DNA of 64,000 nucleotides from a virus. The stretch's first letter is position 1, and each line of letters begins with the position of its first letter. Made by a program: the position numbers and the translations under genes. Shown here piece by piece: positions 46,169 to 54,600 of the stretch. The notes beneath the pieces are model-generated. The model worked only from the letters and a program-made list of their open reading frames with translations. It had not been told where the DNA came from and did no database searches. Location: positions 72,924-136,923 of IMG/VR virus record IMGVR_UViG_3300044640_002221. One strand, written 5' to 3'.

Positions 46169-46495
46169 CTAACCTTCTATAATTACCTTCTCTCTTGTTA
46201 GTTCTACATTCTCGTTAAAGCTATTAACTAGCTCAGTTAATGAGCTAGTTGGGTGTAAAGAGATAGTTCCATCTTTATGTCCTACAATACTACCAAGAGT
46301 TGGGTGGAAAGCTTCAAACAGTCCCGCATCATAGTCAATATACTCAATCGTCCAGTGAAATCCTTCTGGAGTAGGAAAACTCCACTGTATCCGCTCCCGT
46401 TCTAAAACCACACCGTTTGGGTGCTTTGGAGTCTTTACAAGCTCCCACGCTTCCGCCTTTCTGTTTGTAGTGGTGTCTATAACTTTAATCTCCAT
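46169..46495 (-). CDS. Hypothetical protein
   Basis: 108 aa, GGAGA SD. Confidence 0.7.
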   Translation of the reverse strand: MEIKVIDTTTNRKAEAWELVKTPKHPNGVVLERERIQWSFPTPEGFHWTIEYIDYDAGLFEAFHPTLGSIVGHKDGTISLHPTSSLTELVNSFNENVELTREKVIIEG

Positions 46496-46598
46496 GACTG
46501 TCTCCTAGAAATAATGAAAGAACATATACCCTTCACTCTTCTTTTTTTCTTTAACATAGTGCTTGCACACACTTCTGTTAATAAGCTGCTACTATAGA

Positions 46599-46628
46599 AA
46601 TAGGTGTCTAATATATTAGACACCTATT
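46599..46628. repeat. Perfect 30-bp palindrome between divergent genes
   Basis: AATAGGTGTCTAATA|TATTAGACACCTATT. Confidence 0.95.
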
Positions 46629-46652
46629 CAAGTTCACATCATTTAATTAATT

Positions 46653-47324
46653 ATGACAGACCAGAGCGCTTACGTCATCGAAGAGTTAGAATTTATAGAT
46701 GAGCAAATGCCGTCTGTATACCTACTATCTTATCACACTGCCAGTATGAATGAACTCTCTATAGCTAAAGAAGCTTATGACACCTCTCAGCAATACCGCT
46801 TTAAGAGTCTCACTCACTATAAGAACTCTGGCGAGTTTCTGATAAAGATAAGAGAAGCTCTGCGGGGTGCAACAAGAGAAAAGCCTATTGTCTCTGATAT
46901 AGGAACATTTAACTCCTTTGAGCACTATATGCAGACCTTCTTTGGTAAGGAGACTACAACAGGCTTAAAAAGAGCTCAAGCTAGAAACTACATGAGGCTG
47001 GCAGAAAACTGGGATGTCGTAGAAGACTTAAAGCTAAACGAAAGCGAAGCTTGTTACAGGTTAGTAGCAACCTTAAAGATTATCTCTTGGGGTCTCAAGA
47101 AGAGAGAGGCTGGCTATAACCTTAAAGAGTTAGACCACCACCTCTACTGGGATGAGAGAGACGAACTAGCCGCTCAACAGGAACGGACTGGTGAACTATC
47201 AAAGCCTCAACTAAAAGCTCTTGTTAAAGAACTAAATAAGAAGGTAGAAGACTTAACACAAGAGCTATTGGTCTACAAGCGACGGTTTAGTGTTGACATT
47301 CTAGAAGAGAGCTTCGCCCGGTAA
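46653..47324 (+). CDS. DUF3102-like protein
   Basis: SGEFLIKIRE...FEHYMQTFF...LKRAQARNYMRLAENW, plus a C-terminal coiled coil. Confidence 0.65.
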   Translation: MTDQSAYVIEELEFIDEQMPSVYLLSYHTASMNELSIAKEAYDTSQQYRFKSLTHYKNSGEFLIKIREALRGATREKPIVSDIGTFNSFEHYMQTFFGKETTTGLKRAQARNYMRLAENWDVVEDLKLNESEACYRLVATLKIISWGLKKREAGYNLKELDHHLYWDERDELAAQQERTGELSKPQLKALVKELNKKVEDLTQELLVYKRRFSVDILEESFAR

Positions 47325-47347
47325 ACTACTCTCTACTTTTTTCAATT

Positions 47348-47386
47348 AAAAGACTGGTAAACCTAATGAGGGCTCGCCAGTCTTTT
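47348..47386. terminator. Bidirectional terminator between convergent genes
   Basis: AAAAGACTGG...CCAGTCTTTT. Confidence 0.65.
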
Positions 47387-47658
47387 TAGTTTGTAGGGTT
47401 GCTTTTCTTAAACCCTAACTTCTGCATAGTCTGTTGAGAAGAGTGCAGCGTTCCGCTCTCCAACTCAACCACTATGTCATTCCTTTCATGAGAAACTACC
47501 ACACCATTGTCGGTGGGCAGCTCTCCTTCAATAGGGTCTCCAACAACCCACCTATCAGACCCTGTTGGGTCATCAGGAAAGTTGTTGGGGTCTACTGGCT
47601 TGGGTCGGGACACTCTAGCCACGCGCCTGCTCCTTAACGTAAGCCTCCACTTCCTCAA
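47386..47658 (-). CDS. Hypothetical protein
   Basis: 90-aa ORF. Confidence 0.55.
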   Translation of the reverse strand: MRKWRLTLRSRRVARVSRPKPVDPNNFPDDPTGSDRWVVGDPIEGELPTDNGVVVSHERNDIVVELESGTLHSSQQTMQKLGFKKSNPTN

Positions 47659-48037
47659 CAGAGGCGAACTTCTGAATCTCTGTCAAGTCTCCATCTGTAT
47701 AACCCTCATCAGAGCTATACAGAACAATGTCGCCATTGTCTTCTTGCCAGATGACGTGGGAGACAGGCAAGGCTTCAAAGAGTGGACCACAAGCATAGGC
47801 ATCCCAGCCTATCATTTCTTCGAGTTCCCTAATGGGAACTATGTACTGGTCTGTAGGCGACCAGCATCCCTCAGTGGTCATTACAACCTCTGGTTTAGTA
47901 GAGTAGATATCTCGCACCTCATTTAGAGGAACGAGAGTATGTTTCCATAGACAGTTAGGCATCTGTCCCGTCTCCCATATCTTCAAGTTGGGCAAGGCTG
48001 TATAAACAGCCATTTCTTGCTGCTTCTTGTAGCTCAA
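47615..48037 (-). CDS. Hypothetical protein
   Basis: 140-aa ORF. Confidence 0.65.
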   Translation of the reverse strand: MSYKKQQEMAVYTALPNLKIWETGQMPNCLWKHTLVPLNEVRDIYSTKPEVVMTTEGCWSPTDQYIVPIRELEEMIGWDAYACGPLFEALPVSHVIWQEDNGDIVLYSSDEGYTDGDLTEIQKFASVEEVEAYVKEQARG

Positions 48038-48130
48038 CTATCATCTCTAATGTTATAAATTCCATAAATCTAGGATTAAAGATACCCTTCACTTTACTTT
48101 TTTCTAAAAGGGAGATTGCTCCCCAAATAA

Positions 48131-48400
48131 CTACCAAGGCAAAGCACCTTTACGCTCCTTGGTTTTATAAGGTCTTTTGTCACATAGAGGCAAGTGACTA
48201 GCTATGAAGCTCAAGGCTTCTTTGTGCCCTTGTGGAGTACAAGGAAAGTATGCGTTGTATTCATCCTGTGGGTCTTCTGGCAATGCGTACCCCACAACGT
48301 AGCAGTCTACCAACTGCTGTTTCTCTCTTCTGGCATTTTCCTTATGCCACTCAGAAGGACGTTCTAAAGCTTTTGACATAAAACTCCTATAAATTACCAT
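48131..48400 (-). CDS. Hypothetical protein
   Basis: Likely start MSKALERP (AGGAG SD). Confidence 0.65.
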   Translation of the reverse strand: MVIYRSFMSKALERPSEWHKENARREKQQLVDCYVVGYALPEDPQDEYNAYFPCTPQGHKEALSFIASHLPLCDKRPYKTKERKGALPW

Positions 48401-48455
48401 TCACTTTACTTTTTTCTTTAAAAGAAAGTGAGAGCGTGATCGCTCCCAACAGTCT

Positions 48456-48926
48456 TTATAGAGCACTACGCTCGGCGTGCTTCTGTTCCACTGATACAGC
48501 AGCCCCAGCCCACTGCTCAGAGACTACTTCAATCTTCTTGATATGAAGTAGCCCCGCATAATTGAAGACAACAGATTTGTCTTCTAATACTACACGATTG
48601 TGTTGGGGAACCAAGAAGGTCTTTACACCTGCCTTTAGCCAGTCAATCTGGAGGGGTAAAGGAGCCACAGCAACAACTATAGAATATGCAGGAATAGCCC
48701 ACTTCACATCTGCAGGAGTTACACCTGCCTCTTGTTCCTCCTTTGTAGGAAGAGGAGATTCTGTAAATGTAATCTGGTCACCATTTGCTCTAATGTCCTT
48801 GATAGAACCTTTGAATTGTTCTGTAATGCCACCCAAGTCAGCAACCATTTCAGGAGTAGCTGTGTGGCGGGAGAAGAAGTATATGTTAGCCATGAGAAAG
48901 AGTTCCTTTAATAGTAATAATTCCAT
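48456..48926 (-). CDS. Small Rossmann-like protein with N-terminal SRH motif (Csx16-like, tentative)
   Basis: MANIYFFSRH...IVVAVAPLPLQIDWLKAGVKTFLVP; likely start MANIYF. Confidence 0.5.
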   Translation of the reverse strand: MELLLLKELFLMANIYFFSRHTATPEMVADLGGITEQFKGSIKDIRANGDQITFTESPLPTKEEQEAGVTPADVKWAIPAYSIVVAVAPLPLQIDWLKAGVKTFLVPQHNRVVLEDKSVVFNYAGLLHIKKIEVVSEQWAGAAVSVEQKHAERSAL

Positions 48927-48963
48927 TCCCTCTTCTTTTTTTCTAAGAAAAGAGTGGAAGCAA

Positions 48964-49227
48964 TTAAGCTTCCTTCTGTTGAACTAACCAGTCAGCTCCT
49001 TCAGGAGTTATTTTATACTGTCCATCGGTCTTCTGAATAAGACCTTCCTGTTTCAACTTGGTCATTACTGACCTTGAGGAGACAACCTGCAGTTCTTCAC
49101 TGCTGGCTGCTCCTGTCTCCAGGTACTCTAAAGCACGGGCCTTAGAGTTGGAGTTTTTAAGAGCCCCGCGCTGGCGAGACTCATCTAGAGTTTGGTCGTC
49201 GTAATGACGACCGTTTCTGTCTATCAA
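48964..49227 (-). CDS. Small winged-helix protein
   Basis: ARALEYL...SSEEL...VMTKLKQEGLIQKTDGQYKITPEG. Confidence 0.7.
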   Translation of the reverse strand: MIDRNGRHYDDQTLDESRQRGALKNSNSKARALEYLETGAASSEELQVVSSRSVMTKLKQEGLIQKTDGQYKITPEGADWLVQQKEA

Positions 49228-49733
49228 GCAGACACCTCCTCTAGAGCTGGAAACTCTATGGTTTCTATACCGTCGAATATCTCTTTCAGCTCTCCTGGTG
49301 AGAGTCTACCAAGGTCATAGTGATGCAACAAGAGGCGACTGTACCATTCACCCCACTTAGTGTTTGAGCCATACTTCATTGCCTCAAAAGCTTTTCCTTT
49401 GTCGAAGAAGCTTGTAGATTGCAAGACCAAGAAAGTATGCTCTACCAAGTCATGGTCAGGTTTATCCATTCTCCACTCTCTACCTTCTTGTAGTAAAGCA
49501 AGAACCTTGTCTACTGCGTCTTTGTAGACGACTAACTCAAGCGTTCTTTTCTTGAAAGGACGTGCGCCATTAACTGTTACTAGTTTAAATACGGACATGG
49601 TAACTCTCCTTAAAGAAATAAAAATTCCATTCCCTCTTCTTTTTTCTAAAACAGATTTGCTGTCCATTCTAGATTGAAAGCTTGAGAGAGTGGTGCTCAT
49701 CACCTCCTTCATAGAAGTACAAACGGCTCCCAC
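49224..49733 (-). CDS. Hypothetical protein
   Basis: Likely start MSVFKLVT (AAGGAG SD). Confidence 0.65.
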   Translation of the reverse strand: MGAVCTSMKEVMSTTLSSFQSRMDSKSVLEKRRGNGIFISLRRVTMSVFKLVTVNGARPFKKRTLELVVYKDAVDKVLALLQEGREWRMDKPDHDLVEHTFLVLQSTSFFDKGKAFEAMKYGSNTKWGEWYSRLLLHHYDLGRLSPGELKEIFDGIETIEFPALEEVSA

Positions 49734-50004
49734 TAAACACTCTCTCTAACGACTCAAGCAAAGCCGAGAACGTCCGTGTTCCACGCGCATTAGTTAGTAT
49801 AGCTGTTAATTCAGCACTGCTCCTACTCACTTGTTGATTCCTTAGACTTCATCACCTCCCTCTGTTGAGGTTCAAACGGCTCCATCCTTTGGACAAGCTT
49901 CGGACATTACAGCACAGTTACCTGTGTATCTAACTAATGTTCCTTGCTCTTTTCTTTTTTTCTTAAAGAGAATAGCATGACACTGTTATCATGCTACCCA
50001 AAAA

Positions 50005-50196
50005 TCATCCTTCAACTCTGTTATAAACATCAATAGCATCCTGTAGCTTCCCACCTTGGAAGCGGAATGCACCCTTGTCATAGACCAAGTATGCTACCTG
50101 GCTCTCAGGAAGCCACAGCTCTGCAAGGAGAGATTTTTCCCCTTCAGTAACTAGGACAACCCTCGTCCTGTCTTCTAACTGTTCTACTGTCAGCAT
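50005..50196 (-). CDS. Hypothetical protein
   Basis: 63-aa ORF. Confidence 0.65.
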   Translation of the reverse strand: MLTVEQLEDRTRVVLVTEGEKSLLAELWLPESQVAYLVYDKGAFRFQGGKLQDAIDVYNRVEG

Positions 50197-50368
50197 AAAT
50201 TAATAAAATAATAAAAAATCCGCCCTCTCTTCTTTTTTTTTCTTAAACAGCGATCGCCTACTGTACCAACCTGTCCTGTTGTCATAAAGAAACAAACCAA
50301 CTGGCGGCGGCTGCTTTTTTATTAAAAGAAGTATAGCAGCTAACCCGGATGGATTAACTGCTATAGGA

Positions 50369-51139
50369 TTAGACGTTAGCTGCAAGTACAGATTGGTCTA
50401 CCTTTGGCGGAACTTCTGGAGGCGTACTTCCTGCTCTAACGCGAGTTTTTGGAGCCTCTGAAGGTGAAACTGCTTTAGGAGCAGGTGGAGCTTCTGGAAT
50501 ATCTCTTGTGGTTACACTAATAGGAGCCCCAGTTTCAACCTTCTTAGGTTGGGGCTTGCCGTTACGGAAGTAATCATTTAATTCCACTTTTCTACCCCTA
50601 ATACCATCCCCATGCCACTCCAAGTTTCTATAAGCCCAACCACTAAAGCTGAGCTGACCCTCCTTATTAATTTTTGGTAATAGCTGCAATCCAGCATCAC
50701 CATCTTGGGGCTCAAACCAAAGATTTGGGCAGTCTTTATAGTTTGGTTTAGAACCAGACTTAAGAATCTCGCCGGCTTCTCCAGTCCATTCTAGAAGTAC
50801 ATTTAGAGCAGCAACTACCTCTGGTTCTAAATCTTCTTCATGCAGAACTACATAACCGCCGATTTCCCATAATGAATTATCGCCAGCAGCTTTAGCCGCA
50901 GCGATATCTTTTGGTAAAGGTACAAGCTGCCAACCGTCTTCTGAAGAGCTAGTGCGACCTTGAATCTTTAACTGCAGGCTGAACCTGCCTGGAGTGTCTT
51001 GATAAACACCCCAAACGCGGGGTTTAACCAACTCTAACTCTTCGCTCCACATTGTGATGCGCTGACCAGCTTGTAGCTGCTCACAGAATAGAGCGGGTAG
51101 ATTTAGGTCTTCAGCTAACTTTAATAAATCTTGAGACAT
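50369..51139 (-). CDS. Hypothetical protein with Pro-rich tail
   Basis: 256-aa ORF, AAGGA SD. Confidence 0.75.
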   Translation of the reverse strand: MSQDLLKLAEDLNLPALFCEQLQAGQRITMWSEELELVKPRVWGVYQDTPGRFSLQLKIQGRTSSSEDGWQLVPLPKDIAAAKAAGDNSLWEIGGYVVLHEEDLEPEVVAALNVLLEWTGEAGEILKSGSKPNYKDCPNLWFEPQDGDAGLQLLPKINKEGQLSFSGWAYRNLEWHGDGIRGRKVELNDYFRNGKPQPKKVETGAPISVTTRDIPEAPPAPKAVSPSEAPKTRVRAGSTPPEVPPKVDQSVLAANV

Positions 51140-51689
51140 GATAAATATCCTTTAAAGTTGAATGATTCAGTCCCTAATCTTTTTTTTCTTAAAAAAATAG
51201 ACCCCACCTGCTTACAACAAGTGGGGTCTTGAGATTAGGAATCCATGCTCTATTCTTTTTTTCTAAGAAGAAAGTGGGGAACTATAATTCCCCAAAAATC
51301 TACCAAGAGATATTTAAAAAAATATCTCCACACATACCACTAACACAACTATCTGTGACAAAGCCCGCCTCAAACGCGGGGTACTTACTATTTACCAACT
51401 CAACTACTTCATCTTCTGAAGCAACAATGATTTGGAAATGATTTCTCGAAACTTCTTTAATAGACATAACAAACCCCTAGAGATGAACAACATTCACTCA
51501 TCTTTTTTTATAAGAAAAAGAAGCAAACCATTATCAACCAGAGTGTTAAGGCACCCCAGTCAGTTTGCTCCTTGGAAGATTTATGTCATCCATTCCCTTT
51601 TCTTTTTTTTCTTAGAGGGTATCAGATATTGGGACTTTCTGTCAATAGGGATGAGAAGTTTTAGAGGGGCTTCTCACCCCTATTGAAGG

Positions 51690-54600
51690 TTAGCAAACAG
51701 CTTGTTCTTTAAGCCAGTTGATAACATGAAGGTTGGTTCTATAAGAGTTAAACATCAACCTTCTATAGGTACTAGCTCGGTAGTTTCTTTGTTCTTTAGT
51801 CTCTGTGACTAAATCAACAGTATCGCAGCCAGTGTAGAAGTACAGGTCTTCTAGTTTTCTAACGCGGCTAGAGCCAACGTAGAAGGCATTGTTTTGGAAC
51901 ATAGGTCTCTTTGCACCATACTCCGTTCCGTTCAACACTACATCTACTGTTTGACCGTCATTAGGACGGACTCTCTTACGGGTGTAAGCGTGGGCAACTA
52001 CTTTATCCTCTGTCATACCTTGACAGCCGTGAAAGGTTATCGCCCATGCTAAGACAATAGGAATCTGGTTGAATCTTCCAACTGGGATTTGATTCTCATC
52101 TAATGGAGCATGGAGGTCTACTCTACCAATCTCAATGATGTTGCCATTACGAAGCTTGACATCAACTGAGTCATCATTAAGAGCTACAATAACTCCACGA
52201 CTACCTTTAGCTGCTAATGGTAGTTTATTAGAGTCGCTAGGGTCTTTAATCTCCTGCTTAACTCTAATTGGAGCCCCAACTACTAACTCCAAGTTTTCTT
52301 CTACAGGCTTAAAGTTCTCTATGAAAGATGCCCTAGTGTAGCTTCTGTCATTAACAGAGATATTAGCTGAGTAGACTTTACTCCTGTTACCTTTAGCTTT
52401 GAGTTTAGTTAGTTCTTGACGGTTCCATTCAATTAGTTCGTCATTTAGTGCAAACACATGAAGAGCATCTTCTGGCATTTCATCCAGGGAAGCTTTCAAC
52501 CGACCTTTAATCAAAGGACAGTTTTCTAGCTCTCTGTGTTTACCGTGTCCTTCACCAAGAGCTAGTAGGTTCAGCTCTTGGGCAAACTCAGAGCCTTCAG
52601 CCTGTCTCATCTGCTGCTTGAGGTTGATGAGTTTCATGTCTAGCTTGTCCATTAAGGAGGCTTTTATTACTTCCTCACCCTTGTGGTTGAAGACAGCTCT
52701 ATTCATAATCATCTCACCACCAACAGGCTCTAGTTGTTTGAAATCACCGACACAGAGCCATTGGATAGGAGTCTTGCGAGCCTTGTTTGCAGCAGCTTCA
52801 TCGCGTTGGTTAATTTCTAATCCTTCAGAGATTACATAACCAAGGCAGGTGTCTAGCATAGATACTTCATCTATCAGAAAGATGACACCTTTATACTTTC
52901 TGCCTTTCTGTACTTCAGAAAAGCGTTTCTTGGTTTTATCAGAGGTTACACCACCAACCATCTTCTGAGCTGCTGACCACTCTCTAGCTCCGTTATCAAA
53001 GCCTTTACCAACACCTGTAGCTCGGTTGATAGTACCTTGAGAGTCTTGCAGGTTCATGGAAGCTAAACCAGTTGTTGCTACAGGAACAATCCAGTAGCCC
53101 AACAGTTTAAGTATCTTAACTGCAACTGAAGAAAGGTGAGATTTACCCGTCCCGGCATTACCTGTTAGGACATAGTTACCTCCTAACAGGATTAAGCGGA
53201 GTGCTTGCTGTTGTTCGGGGTTTAGTCCTTTTACAAGGGCTGTAACCTCATTAGCAGTCCAAGTTTCCAGTTTTTCTATGTAAGGAGTTAACCAAGCTAA
53301 TGGATCTAACTTAACAACACTTCTGGCTCTTCCAGTAACTTTAGGAGCAGCGGGAGTTAGTAACCAGTAGCCTTTATAGCTGCAAGCAACCCACTCGGCT
53401 GAGTAGTTCTTACTCTCAACATAACTCTTGAGCAACTCATCAACGCCGCTGCATCCTCCGACAACAAACTTACTGCTTGCTGCGATAGCTTTATTTACTA
53501 AAGGAATGTAACGCTCGTTGAATACTTTTGCGGCATCAGCTTCTGTAATGCCACTGCTTTTGAAGACACCAGAGCCAGATACCATTACTACATCATTAGC
53601 AGTGTAGACACCTATGTTGGCTCTAGCACCCCAAGCTATACGATAGTTTTCTGTACTGCTTGCTACTCCAGGTTTAGCTGGGAAGCCGATGAATTGAGTG
53701 GCTACAGCAGCCATTGCATCATCTTTGATTTTGTTTCTTTCTGCACCAGGTACAGAGGGTAAACCATCAAGAGGGTGTTTAGCAACGAACTGTTCGTCAA
53801 CGGTAGTCGCACTCTCTGAGGACTTGTATTCCACAATTACAGCGTGAGGAATAACTTGTGCAAGAATATTCTGAACTTCTGTCCAAGTTGCTGTTTTAGA
53901 AGCTTCAGTTGGTCCCCCTGCTAAACCCGAACCTAGCCTGTGAGGAACATAAACAGTAAGATTCTGCTCCTCAGCAAATCTTCTTACTTCCTGCAAGCCT
54001 TTTGCTAAAGCATCAAAGTCAGTTTGTCTAGACCTTGTACTATAGTAATGCTGTCCCGCAACGTTGGCAACGTACAGTTTGTCTGCCACTTTGACAAACT
54101 GAACATCTCCCAACTTCCATTCTTTAGCTTTATACTCTTTGTCTACTAAAGGCCATTTCTGACCTATGGCTAAAGCTAGACCAGCGCCACTAACATTACA
54201 GCAGTTTACTTGTTGCACTATCACACCACAAGTAACATCTAAAATGTTGGTTAAGTTAGTTTGCGGCTTGGCTAAAGGTTCACTAGCAGGTGCAACGGAG
54301 TTTGCTTCAGGAGTTTCTACTGCTATGCCACCGCCATTACTATTAGGTCTTGGTCTTCTATTTATCACAGGGATGCCACCTTGTTCATCTTTCTGCTCAG
54401 TAAAGAGAGCTATAGATAAAGGTGCTTGCTTTTCTTCTTCTTCTACAACTGGAGGTACTTCAGGTAAAACTATTGATCTTCTACTTAAAGGTGTAGCAGG
54501 TGGCTTAGCCCGCTCTGGTTTCTTAAGGCTGTTATCCCAAGCAACTACAGTAGCCTCTTGAGCATCTACTTCATTTTGCTCTGCTTCTGTTAGTTCAGGA

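Larger units (their letters stand above)
7178..50257. repeat. HIP1 octamer GCGATCGC, at least 10 copies
   Basis: At 7178, 9218, 9688, 10372, 17232, 30996, 31763, 36987, 38366, 50250. Confidence 0.9.
39474..51615 (-). promoter_or_regulatory. Dense cluster of a purine-rich intergenic motif, consensus (T)AGAAAAAA(A)GAA(A/G/T)AG(A/G/T)G
   Basis: About 18 copies near 39480, 41050, 43855, 44005, 44900, 45705, 46125, 46540, 48095, 48405, 48930, 49635, 49950, 50230, 51175, 51250, 51500, 51600; more at 8290, 11480, 17655, 21995, 29495, 34860. All in sense orientation. Confidence 0.7.
4858..53797 (+). repeat. Dispersed 13-bp palindrome ACGAACTGTTCGT
   Basis: Exact at 4858, 11263, 21235, 44933, 53785; 12/13 at 30166 and 32509; first half at the window end (63995-64000). 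Confidence 0.9.

Noticed and set aside
49697-49883. Hammerhead ribozyme or TIGR-like array from GTGATGA motifs
   Set aside because: The core is GUGAUGA, not CUGAnGA, there is no GAAA after a stem II, and there are only two copies with no regular array or box D.
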